DNA of 64,000 nucleotides from positions 57,786,001 to 57,850,000 of the forward strand of contig NC_086108.1 of assembly GCF_963921235.1 (NCBI RefSeq). The letters run 5' to 3'. The position numbers were made by a program, and so were the translations under genes. Numbering within the stretch: position 1 is the first letter of the stretch; each line of letters opens with the position of its first letter. Under the pieces are notes generated by a model that saw nothing but the letters and a program-made list of their open reading frames with translations, was not told the DNA's origin and ran no database searches. The DNA comes from Mobula hypostoma (lineage: Eukaryota). Of this stretch, positions 53,135 to 63,420 are shown in pieces.

Positions 53135-53206
53135 ATCTCAAATCTATCAGTACGCTCTGCTGCTGGACTCCATCTGGAGAGTTTACTTAGTTTACCTATG
53201 GGCCTG
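53135..53206 (+). other. Candidate 72-nt stop-containing cassette exon
   Basis: gattccag|ATCTC...GCCTG|gtgcat. GC- and CpG-richer island in AT-rich DNA. Phase 1 reads DLKSISTLCCWTPSGEFT*. Weak sites. Confidence 0.3.
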
Positions 53207-53239
53207 GTGCATTATCCATGAACCAATTCATTTCAGTGG

Positions 53240-53446
53240 AGTGTGTGTGTGTGTGTGTGTGTGTGTCTGTCTGTCTGTCTCACCCTCTCACCCTGCTCCC
53301 CCTCTGTCAGAATTTCCCTCTCCCTCTCCCCTCCCTCCCCCTCCCTCCCTCTGTGTCAGAATTCTCTCTCTCTCTCTCTCTCTCTCTCGCTCTCTCTCGC
53401 TCTCTCAGAATTTTCTCTCTCTCTCTCAGAATTTTCTCTCTCTCCA
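53240..53446. repeat. (GT)n/(CT)n microsatellite cluster with repeated cagaatt units
   Basis: Seen directly. Confidence 0.9.
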
Positions 53447-53679
53447 GTGGAGTGAGTGGATAACAAGAATAAGCTCAGTTGCAATTTTATTATGTTTGCT
53501 GGAATGTTTATAATTGTTTTATTGTCTTAAATATTTTAGTTGATGCCATTTTAATTCTTTAAAATTTAAAAATTCTTTTCAACCAACTTGGATAACTTGT
53601 TTTTTTTTTAATTATTTGAATGTGCTGAATACTCATAAGTATTTAAAAAAGAACTTCAAACCTCAGGTAAAATAAATTT

Positions 53680-54725
53680 CCTTCCCCTCCCCTCTTCTTC
53701 TATTCTCTACTCTGACCCGTTACTTCTTCTCACCTGCCTTTCACCTCCTCATTCTCTGTCTTCCTTTCCTCCTATGGCCCACTCTCATACTCTCTTCTCC
53801 CATCAGATTCCTTCATCTCCACCCCTTTACCTTTCCCACTCAACTGGCTTCACCTATCACCTCCCAGCTATCCTTCTTTCCCTCACCCCTACTCTGCCTT
53901 TTTATTCCGGCATCTTCCCCCTTCTTTTCCAGTCCTGAGAAAGGGTTAATGTCATATGTTCATTCCCATAGATGCTGCCTGACCTGCTGAGTTCCTCTCT
54001 TTCAATATTTTTATTAGTTTCTACATAGAAGAATAGAGTACAAGAAAGTGTATATAAAGGTAAAAAAAACTACCAATTACATTATATCTATTCATAATAA
54101 CAATCTCACTACCCAGTATTCATGTAGGTTAGTCAAAGTTGTATTGAAATATACTAATTTATTACAAAAAAAAGAATGTAACCCCTACCAAGACCGAAGC
54201 TGTTTATTACGGAGAAAAAAAGGTAAAATACCTTCTCGTATAATAAAAATTAATAATAGCCAACATCTAAATTTAAACAATGAATTGAGGGTTTTGAAAG
54301 TTTTGAAAATAATTCAGAGTCCGCACAATGTTTGAAAGTCTTGACAAGATTCAGAAATTGAACAATGAATCTTCTCTAAGTCTAAGCATGACATAACGTC
54401 GTATAACCATTGAGTATGAGTAGGAGGAGAAACATCTTTCCATTTAAACAAAAGCGCCCTCCTAGCTATAAGAGAGCTAAAGGCCAAAATATGTAAATCT
54501 GATGTCTTCAACTTGTTATCTTGTCCTGCAACAATACCGAATAGAGCCGTCAGAGGATTAGGCTTAAAATTGTCTTCGAAAAGTGAAGAAAAAGTTTGAA
54601 AAACTTCCTTCCAATATTTTTCAAGACTCAGACAAGTCCAAAGCATATGAATACCTGCTGAGTTCCTCCAGCATTTTGTGTGTGTTGATTTGGGTTTCCA
54701 GCAACTGCTGAATTTCTTGTATTTA
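53680..54725 (+). mobile_element. Penelope 3' tail fragment split by an L1 insertion
   Basis: Pyrimidine tract, ccagtcctga and catagatgctgcctgacctgctgagttcctc, resuming at 54653. Confidence 0.75.
53998..54652 (-). mobile_element. L1 3'-end fragment, 16-bp TSD
   Basis: IHMLWTC..LEKYW..PNPLTALFG..LDLEKI within ORF 54314..54772. ACCTGCTGAGTTCCTC at 53982-53997 and 54653-54668. Confidence 0.87.
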
Positions 54726-54800
54726 AAAAAGAACTTGACAGTTTTGAAAAAGAGAAAAACTGGCTTGTCCAAGGATTTCTGTGCTGTTTTCTGAGTGTAG

Positions 54801-54992
54801 CTGGTTCAGTGACCACCCACGTGGTCTTATTACATTACACACGTTCCTGGGAGGACCCTTCCCCTTGAGACAAGGATGCGTTCTGCCAGCAGGTTTGGCC
54901 CCGTAAATCGGAACCACATAAATGCAGCACAGTGTAGTAACCTTGGTACCACGAATGGTTGCAGGCCTCACCTACCAAGAGCTGAGCCAATG
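54801..54992 (+). other. GPATCH8: Candidate 192-nt cassette (poison) exon with a GC donor
   Basis: ttttctgagtgtag|CTGG...CAATG|gcaagt. Unique, CpG-retaining sequence with stops in all three frames. Gene name is from recollection only. Confidence 0.5.
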
Positions 54993-55280
54993 GCAAGTAG
55001 TTATTTTATACTTCTAGCATCTCCTGCTAATAAGGCAGTGGCTCATTAGGAATATTTCGAAATCACTAATCTGCTACATCTTCTAATATAAAGGGACCAA
55101 GTCCAAATAGGCTGCAGTCCCTTTTAAACTTCCCTTAACAGTGGTATGCATTTGCTGATTATCAGTTAAGTATAGCAGTGTTTCTTGATGGCATCCATAA
55201 TCAGCTTCAAGAAAAAAAAGATCTGACAGTTCCATTCATTCATCTTCATACTCTCGCTTTGTGCTCACACAGTGAAATAG

Positions 55281-55780
55281 TTTAACAAGGAGACGATTGC
55301 AGTCTGGAGAATGTAAAGTCAAAAATTCTGGTCATTATAATTCTATATTTCTGTGAAATTACATAATTTAGAAGAAATTAACAGAATCACTTTGCTCTTG
55401 TGCTGTGAAAATGAAAATTTATATATTTTCAAATACTTGTAATAAATTCAAATATTTCATTATTAAACCTTAGTCCGTGCATTCCAATGATTTGGGTCGT
55501 TGTACTTAGGAGAAATTTGGTCTAAATAAAGGATATTCAAGAAAAATTAGTACAATGTACATAAAAACCTTAAAATGAAATTCAGACGCACTCATGGTAT
55601 TGTGAACTCTGCTGGTATTTCTAATTTGCCAAGCATTAAAATTGATGTAAAGTTAATTAAGATTAATTTTGACAAATCCCCAATAAGGAATTCCTCTGTC
55701 TCAGGAGTACTGGCCAATAATTATCAAAAGTATTCAATTTAGAAGAGCACAAATGATACTGAGACTGGAGACTAATATAT
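55281..55780 (+). repeat. Copy 1 of a diverged direct repeat of about 0.5 kb (copy 2 at about 59969-60455)
   Basis: Shared blocks tttaacaaggaga, aaagtcaaaaa.tctggtcattat, gtgct.tgaaaatg, cccaataa.gaattcctc, gagcaca.atgata.tg.gactgga.actaa. Confidence 0.8.
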
Positions 55781-56011
55781 GTGTAGATATATTAGTCTCC
55801 AGTCATTGTGATTCTAACTCAATGTTCCAAAGGTTTTGCCATGGCCATTGATATAATTTGTTTTGTTTATATTTTAGCAAATCATACACATTAATATCTG
55901 TGGCTAAGCACTATCCCTTCAAACTTACATCCACAATTCAACAACTCTAAACCTTTAAATTAATCTCCAATCCTATTTTGATCTCCATTGAAAATTATAA
56001 CTGCTAACTTC

Positions 56012-56325
56012 CAGGGCATAGTGGTTCGCGTAAAGCTATCATATTGCCAGTGACCTACGTTCAATTCTGCAGATGTCTGTAGGGAGTTTGTATGTTCTTC
56101 TCGTGACCAATGGGTGCTCCTGTTTCCCCCCACATTTCAAATACAACACACATCAAAGTTGCTGGTGAACGCAGCAGGCCAGGCAGCAACTCTAGGAAGA
56201 GGTACAGTCGACGTTTCAGGCCGAGATCCTTCGTCAGGACTAACTGAAGGAAGAGTTATTAGTAGGTTAATGGCTCACATGGGTGTAATTGGCCGATGTG
56301 GGCTCATTGAGCCGGAAAGGATGCT
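56012..56325 (+). mobile_element. V-SINE-like element interrupted by a minus-strand Penelope tail (about 56142-56256) with an intact hammerhead motif at 56206-56241
   Basis: cgttcaattct B-box-like motif, gtagggagtttgtatgttct..ctcc.gtttcc.cccaca V-domain-like block. Confidence 0.65.
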
Positions 56326-56329
56326 GCTT

Positions 56330-59010
56330 CCTGCACCCATGCTGAACTGGTCGACTTCATCCACTTTGCCTCCAACTCCCACCCTGCCCTCAAATTTACA
56401 TTTCCGACACCTCTCTCCCCTTTCTCGAATTCACTGTCTCTACCTCTGGAAACAGCTTATTTACTGATGTCTATTATAAGTCCACAGACTCTCACAGTTA
56501 CCTGGACTACACCTCATCCCACCCTGTAACTTGTAAAAATGCCATCCCCTTCTCTCAATTCCTCTGTCTCCACTGCATCTGCTCTCAGGATGAGGCTTTT
56601 CATTCTTGAACAAAGGAGATATCCTCCTTTTTCAAAGAAGGGGGCTTCCTTTCCTCCACCATCAACGCTGTCCTCAACTGCATCTCTTCCATTTCATGCC
56701 CGTCTGCTCTTACTTCATCCTCCTGCCACCCGACCAGGGATAGGGTTCGCAAACATGAGGAAATCTGCAGATGCTGGAAATTCAAGCAACACACACAAAA
56801 ATTGTTGGTGGAATGCAGCAGGCCAGGCAGCATCTATAGGAAGAAGTACAGTCGACCTTTCGGGCCGAGACCCTTCGTCAGGACTAACTGAAAGAAGAGC
56901 TAGTAAGAGATTCGAAAGGGGGAGGGGGAGATCGGAAATGATAGGAGAAGACAGGAGGGGGAGGGATGGAGCTAAGAGCTGGAAAGTTGATTGGCAAAAG
57001 GGATACGAGGCTGGAGAAGGGAGAGGATCATGAGACAGGAAGCCTCGAGAGAAAGAAAGGGGGAGGGCAGCCCAGAGGATGGAGAGCAGGCAAGGAGTTA
57101 TAGTGAGAGGGACAGAGAGAGAAAAAAGAGAGAGGGGGGAAATAAATAAATAAGGGATGGGGTACAAAGGGGAGGAGGGGCATTAACGGAAGTTAGAGAA
57201 GTCAATGTTCATGCCATCAGGTTGGAGGATACCCGGACAGAATATAAGGTGTTGTTGTTCTAACCTGAGTGTGGCTTCATTTTGACAGTAGAGGAGGCCA
57301 TGGATAGACATATCAGAATGGGAATGGGACGTGGAATTAAAATGTGTGGCCACTGGGAGATCCTGCTTTCTCTGGCAGACAGAGCGTAGGTGTTCAGTGA
57401 AACGATCACCCAATCTGCATCGGGTCTCGCCAATATATAGAAGGCCACATCGGGAGCACCGGATGCAGTATATCACCCCAGCCGACTCACAGGTGAAGTG
57501 TCGCCTCACCTGGAAGGACCGTCTGGGGCCCTGAATGGTGGTGAGGGAGGAAGTGTAAGGGCATGTGTAGCACTTGTCCCACTTACAAGGATAAGTGCCA
57601 GGAGGGAGATCAGTGGGGAGGGATGGGGGGCTACGAATGGACAAGGGAGTCACATAGGGAGAGATCCCCACGGAAAGCAGAAAGAAGGGGGGAGGGAAGG
57701 ATGGAGGAACAATGCCTTATATTCCGTCTGTGTAGCTTCCAACCTGATGGCATGAACATTGACTTCTCTAGCTTCCGTTAGTGCCCCTCCTCCACTTCGT
57801 ACCCCATCCCTCATTTATTTATTTATTCCTCTTTTTTCTCTCTCTCTTTTTGCTCCCTCTGTCCCTCTCACTATAACTCCTTGCCTGCTCTCCGTTCTCT
57901 GGGCTGCCCTCCCCCTTTCTTTCTCCTTAGGCTTCCCGTCCCATGATCCTCTCTCTTCTCCAGCCTTGTATCCCTTTTGCCAATCAACTTTCCAGCTCTT
58001 AGCTCCATCTCTCCCCCTCCTGTCTTCTCCTATCATTTCGGATTCCCTCTTCCCCTCCCACTTTCAAATCTCTTACTATCTCTTCTTTCAGTTAGTCCTG
58101 ACGAAGGGTCTCGGCTGGAAATGTCGACTGTACCTCTTCCTATAGATGCTGCCTGGTCTGCTGGATTCACCAACATTTTTTGTGTGTGTTGCAGGGGTAG
58201 GGTTCCTTTTGGCCTCACCTATCACCCCTCCAGCCTCCACGTCCAGCACATAATTTGCTAAAACTTCTGCCACCGCCAGTGAAATCCCACCACCAAGCAC
58301 ATCTTTTACTCCCTTCCAATTTCTGCTTTCCGCAGGGATCGCTCCCTACATGACTTCCTTGTCTATTCATCCCTCCCTACTGATCTCCCTCCTAGCACTT
58401 GTCCTTGCAAGTGGAACAAGTGCTACATCTGCCTCCTACACTTCCTCACTCACTACCATTCAGGGCCCCAAACACTCCTTCCAGGTTAGGCGATTCTTCA
58501 TCTGTGAGTCCGTTGGGGTCATATACTGTGTTTGGTGCTCCCGGTGTGGCCTCCTGTATATCAGTGAGACCCGATGTAGACTGGGAAACTGTTTCACTGA
58601 GCACCTATGCTCTGTCCAACAGAAAAAGTGGAATCTCCCAGTGGCCACCCATTTTAATTCCACTTCCAATTCCCATTCCGTTATATCCATCCATGGCCTC
58701 CTCCACTGTCATGTTGAGGCACACTTAGGTTGGAGGAACAACACCTTATATTCTGTTTGGGTAGCCTCCAACCTTGATGGCATGAACATCGATTTCTCAA
58801 ACCTCTGGTAATGCCACCCATACCCACTCCTTCACCATTCCCCATCCCTTTTTCCCTCTCTCACCTTATCTTCTTACCCGCCCATTGCCTCCCTCTGGTG
58901 CTCCTCCCCCCTTTTCTTTCTTCCATGGGCTTCTGTCTCTTTCACCAATCAACTTCTCAGCTGTTTTTTCATCCTTCCCCATCCAGGTTTCACCTATCAC
59001 CCTGTGTTTC
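56330..59010 (+). mobile_element. Older Penelope element (56330-56748 and 58193-59010) hosting a nested Penelope inverted doublet
   Basis: RT C-terminal remnants (tattataagtccacagactctcac), then GIY-YIG ORF 58350..58811. Confidence 0.85.
56749..58192. mobile_element. Nested Penelope inverted doublet, 13-bp TSD with one mismatch
   Basis: GIY-YIG ORF 57183..57671(-), short plus arm from about 57698. AGGGATAGGGTTC (56736-56748) and AGGGGTAGGGTTC (58193-58205). Confidence 0.9.
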
Positions 59011-59039
59011 TCCAGCGAGTGGCTGTTCTGTGATCGAAA

Positions 59040-59178
59040 ACATCTTGTTAAATCCACTCACTGGATTTTTTTTTTGTTTTTGGCACTATTCTTTGTAAAC
59101 TCCAGAGTCTTTTGTGCGTAAAAATCCCAGGAGATCAGCAGTTTCTGAGATACTCAAATCACCCTGGACGGCACCTAA
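59040..59178. mobile_element. Small Tc1-like transposon remnant
   Basis: aaaatcccaggagatcagcagtttctgagatactca resembles fish Tc1 internal sequence (recalled). Confidence 0.45.
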
Positions 59179-59968
59179 TTAATTAGCTTGTTTATTTCGG
59201 CTTTCTTCTTAAAGATGTGCCGGACACACTTCAGCTAGCACTGCAACACTGGTGGAAACTCTGCTTAATAAATGCTATACCAGTTCAAGTTAGAGCAGAC
59301 AGGCATCTGTGTTTATTTTCCAACATGTACCTCTCTGTCTTCCACCCCACCCCAACTTCCCCACTGAGCATATTCAGAAAATGTTCGCTGTTTTTCCCCT
59401 TGACTGCATTGGACCATACAGCTTAAAATGTACGGCCCAGTATCTAGTAGTATCTCAGCTAATCCAAAATGAAAATTGAGTTATTTTAGGTATGTGTTTG
59501 TGGTGTAACCTAATATGCAATGTACAATAACCATGGTTTATTCCCAGTTGAATGAGGTGTAATTCTAGTAATAAACTGAAGAGATTGTAGTTGAATCCCA
59601 GCTCTGTGCAAACTAGTGATCTAAGTCAGGGTAATAAGAAGGATGCTATAATAGTTCTTAGAGTAGAGAATGGATAATTGGCAAGAATTTCTGCTTCAAA
59701 TCAGATTTCTATAACAACTGATGGAAGGCTGACTGATTATAAAATGGCTTTGACACTAAAATGGTGTTTTAATTCCGCCATCACTTCCTAAAATATAAAG
59801 AAGGATTAACAAAGGGAGACTGCTGGTGCATCAGAAATCTTATGCAATTTTGAATTAACAGTTTTTAGGAGAGGATGGAAAAAAATGTAAAGTATAGAAT
59901 CAAAATATACACAGTTATCCAAACCTTGCACACCAGGAGTCTGCAGATTTAATGTTTATTACTCTTCA

Positions 59969-60455
59969 TTTTAACAAGGAGAAAATTGCAAAGTCAAAAA
60001 CTCTGGTCATTATATTTCTGGGTTTAACTTAAATAATTACTTAAGAAATTAGCATCAACCTTTTGCTTTTGTGCTATGAAAATGTAAAATTGTTTAGTTT
60101 GGAATTTTAGCAATAAATTAGAAAGGTATGTGGTTTAATCCCTAGTTCTTGCAGCCCAGTGATCTGATTCATAGTAACAAAGACAATGCTGCAATAGACC
60201 TTGGACTGGGAAAAGCAAGAATCAGCAAAGTATGCTTTATTTACAGTAGAAAGATTTTTAAAATCATTAAAATATAATGCAGACACACACATTATGAACT
60301 TTATAGGTAATTCTAATATCCATGGAACATTAGCATTGATTTAATTTGGCAAGTTCCCAATAAAGAATTCCTCCACCCTTGGAAGTACTGACCAAGAAGT
60401 ATTAAATGTTTTTGGTATTAGAGGAGCACATATGATATTGTGACTGGAAACTAAA
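59969..60455 (+). repeat. Copy 2 of the diverged 0.5-kb direct repeat
   Basis: Collinear with 55281-55780. Confidence 0.8.
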
Positions 60456-60723
60456 AAAAATAGTAGTTCCGCACGTTTAAGCGAAAATAGCAGCTGATTT
60501 GTCTTGAATTAAGTAATAAAAAAATCAGAGGTAGTATTTAAAATAATTTTTCATTGTGACGGCTGAACCACAATCCAAGAATTTAAAAAGACTAAATACA
60601 AATAAGTTGCAGTCTTCAGTGCACAAATATTTAGCAATTATTTGTTCCAAGATATATAGCATTCAGTAGCATTTTCTACATCTTCATAACTAACTTATTA
60701 GCAGTTTTCTCATCTCATGCCAG

Positions 60724-60755
60724 AATATGCTTTATGGTCTTTGTTTATCCTTCAG
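60724..60755 (+). other. GPATCH8: Candidate 32-nt microexon (EYALWSLFILQ in phase 1)
   Basis: Branch consensus ACTAAC at about 60689, ttttctcatctcatgccag| acceptor, CAG|gtaagc donor. Gene name is from recollection only. Confidence 0.6.
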
Positions 60756-61042
60756 GTAAGCAAAAGCTGTCTGTCCCATAAAGTATTCATGATTATCATG
60801 ATAGATATTGAACCATTCAGAGTTGAATGTCAATAGCTATAAACGCCAAACTTGAGGAATACTGTCATGCTGTAAGGAACACCAACACTTATGGAATCAT
60901 TTTCGTGTTCCCTCTCCCCCTTCAACCACATTGAAGATTATCTCACTTATGAGATGCTTGGGGTATTGGATGGGGTTTCAGGGCATTCAAGCATATGGTA
61001 AAGGTCTAAAGTTTTACGGTTACTTTTTGATACATTTTTCAG

Positions 61043-61132
61043 CTTTGAAACAAGATTGCTCATGGCTCAGTGTACTCGGCAATAGTCCTGGGAAGGAGAG
61101 CGCACCCGACGAGTAACCTCATCCGTCGAGCG
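61043..61132 (+). other. GPATCH8: Candidate cassette exon with tandem acceptors (90 nt from 61043, 47 nt from 61086)
   Basis: catttttcag|CTTTG and caatag|TCCTG acceptors, CG|gtaagg donor, CpG-rich. Short form reads VLGRRAHPTSNLIRRA or SWEGERTRRVTSSVER. Gene name is from recollection only. Confidence 0.62.
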
Positions 61133-61961
61133 GTAAGGGTTTAAAAATTTGATGTAATGGTAATAAGGCATGTTATGAATTTTATGATAGCTATGAATAG
61201 AAGTGATAATGGAATACCAGAGACTACCCAAGAATACCCTAATACTACTAATGTGACCGTGCAGTTACATGAATCTTGAAGCAATATAAGTTTCTGTAAC
61301 ATCTTTTAGCCTGTCTACATGTGTGTAATATGAACATGGTCTAAAACTCAGTTGCTGTTCTGACAAACTATTCATTTTTCATTACAGAATTAAGTAAATT
61401 AACTTTGAGCATTTCTGTGAATTGGATTTAAATTTTGTCCTTTCATTTCTGATAATAGGGTCAAATTCAGCTTTGCTCAATGGGATAAATATCTGTTGTC
61501 TAGAGAATTTTAAGGATCCTTGTAAAATTAATTTTGAATTTATCTGCCATCTTTACTCATGGAGCACACCCACAGCACAAGCTAACAGTAAATAAGTTAG
61601 CACACATCTTGATGAACTGGAAATATAAGCTGACAAAAGTTGAGATATTTTACGTGTATTAAAATGTTTGGACTATTATTGAGTACATGACACATGTGTT
61701 ACGGGGTAATAATGAGTCATGGCACAGATCAAGTACGGTATAAGAGCAATGAATGATATTAACTCAACCTGCTATGAATTAGCTTTATGAATGGATTTGT
61801 AACCAGCATGTTTTAACCTGTATGTTGTTTTCTCCTGCTTACAATAATACTAGAAAAAAAACACTCTTACATTTTGGCTCATGCAAAAGGCACTTTAGAA
61901 AAGGGAAATCTTCTTTCCAATTCAGTAAAAGCCTGTGACAACAATGAAAAATAACAATATG

Positions 61962-63420
61962 CAGTGGATTCTGGTTAATCGGGACACACCAGGAACAGTA
62001 CATTTTGGCCCAAATAAACAGCTGCCCCAACTATTCAAAGTTTCATAGGTATAAATGTATAAAAAGAGAAACTATCGTTTAACTAACAAATTATGTATTT
62101 AAATTAAAAACAGAACAAATCAAACACTTTCAATATTACTAGAATTCTATAAAACTGTATTATTCCTAATTAATCCACTGTATACAGCCATGTTCTTTTG
62201 ATTGACTGTAAATGAACAAAATCAACCAAATAACTACCATAGACAATGGACTGCCTGCATGCAATCCTTCTGATGATTGCATCCTCCAGATCTTCATTTT
62301 CATTGTAACATTTAAGATGGTTGTCAATACCTTCTGTTTCTTCGTAGTTCCTAACTTACTGAAGTAGTGAAATGGTTTGATTTTCAATCCCAGCCATTTC
62401 TAGCATCTCCTAGCCTGAATGTTTTTCTCACCAACAAAAATCACTGCTTTTTGAACACAAACGCATACAACTGACATCATTTATGAACTGTTCGTTCTAA
62501 GCACTGTAGTGTCCAACGGCCATGAAAATGAGAAGGTGTACAAGAGCAAGATAGATCAGCTGGTCGCAGCAACAACCTTGCACTTAACGTCAGTTTAAGA
62601 CTAAAGTGTTGATTGTGGACTTCGGCAAGTGTAAGATGAGGGAACACACACCAGTCCTCATCAAGGGATCAGAAGTGGAAAGGGAGATCAATGTCAAATT
62701 CCTGGGTGTCAGCATCTCTGACAATGTATCCTGGGCCCAATATATCAATGTAGTTACAAAGAAAGCATGACAGCAACTACATTACCATCTGGCATGGGGT
62801 TGGGGGTGGGGGTGGCACTGCACAGGATTGAAGTAAGTTGCAGGAAGTTGAAAACTCAGTCAACTCCATCATTCAGCATCCAGGACATCTTCAGGGAGAG
62901 ATGTCTCAAAAAGTTGGCATCCATCATTAAGGACCCCCATCACCTAGAGCTTGCCCTCTTCTCATTGCTAACATCAGGAAGGAGGTACAGGAACCTAAAG
63001 GCACATACACAATGATTCAGGAACAGCTTCTTCCCCTCTGCCATCAGATTTCTGAATGGACATTGAACCCATGAGCACTACCTCACTACTTTTATATTTG
63101 CTCTACTTATTTAATTTAACTTTTTTAATATATACATACTTACTGTAATTTACATTTTTATTATGTATTGCTGCCGCATAACAATGCATTTCATGGCATA
63201 TGCCAGTGAGAGTAAACCCGATTCTGAGTTTGAAGTTCATGGGACTGACACTAGTTAGAAACTGTTCAGCAACCATCTCCTGTCCCAATAAGTGGCATAG
63301 TGTTCCAAATAAATGAAAGGAATCCCAGCTATTTTCTCGATTAATTTTTGTCCTTTAAGAGTTGTCCCATATAAGTAGCTGCCCCAATTAACCGATGACC
63401 TAATTAACTGGAATGCACTC
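61962..63420. mobile_element. Tigger/pogo-like non-autonomous DNA transposon with a Rex1 insert
   Basis: TIR cagtggattctggttaat / attaactggaatgcactc followed by TA. Subterminal agctgccccaa repeats. Confidence 0.7.
62530..63236 (+). mobile_element. Rex1/Babar 3' fragment
   Basis: IQDIFRERCLKK..IIKDPHH..LFSLL.SGRRYR in ORF 62767..63015. Confidence 0.85.

Noticed and set aside
53112..53513. 133-aa ORF, and similar ORFs at 19476-19892
   Set aside because: These read through microsatellites. Low complexity explains the open frames.
54801..54992. In-frame TGA followed by a 60-codon open frame, as possible selenocysteine
   Set aside because: No selenoprotein motif and no SECIS evidence. A premature stop in a poison exon is simpler.
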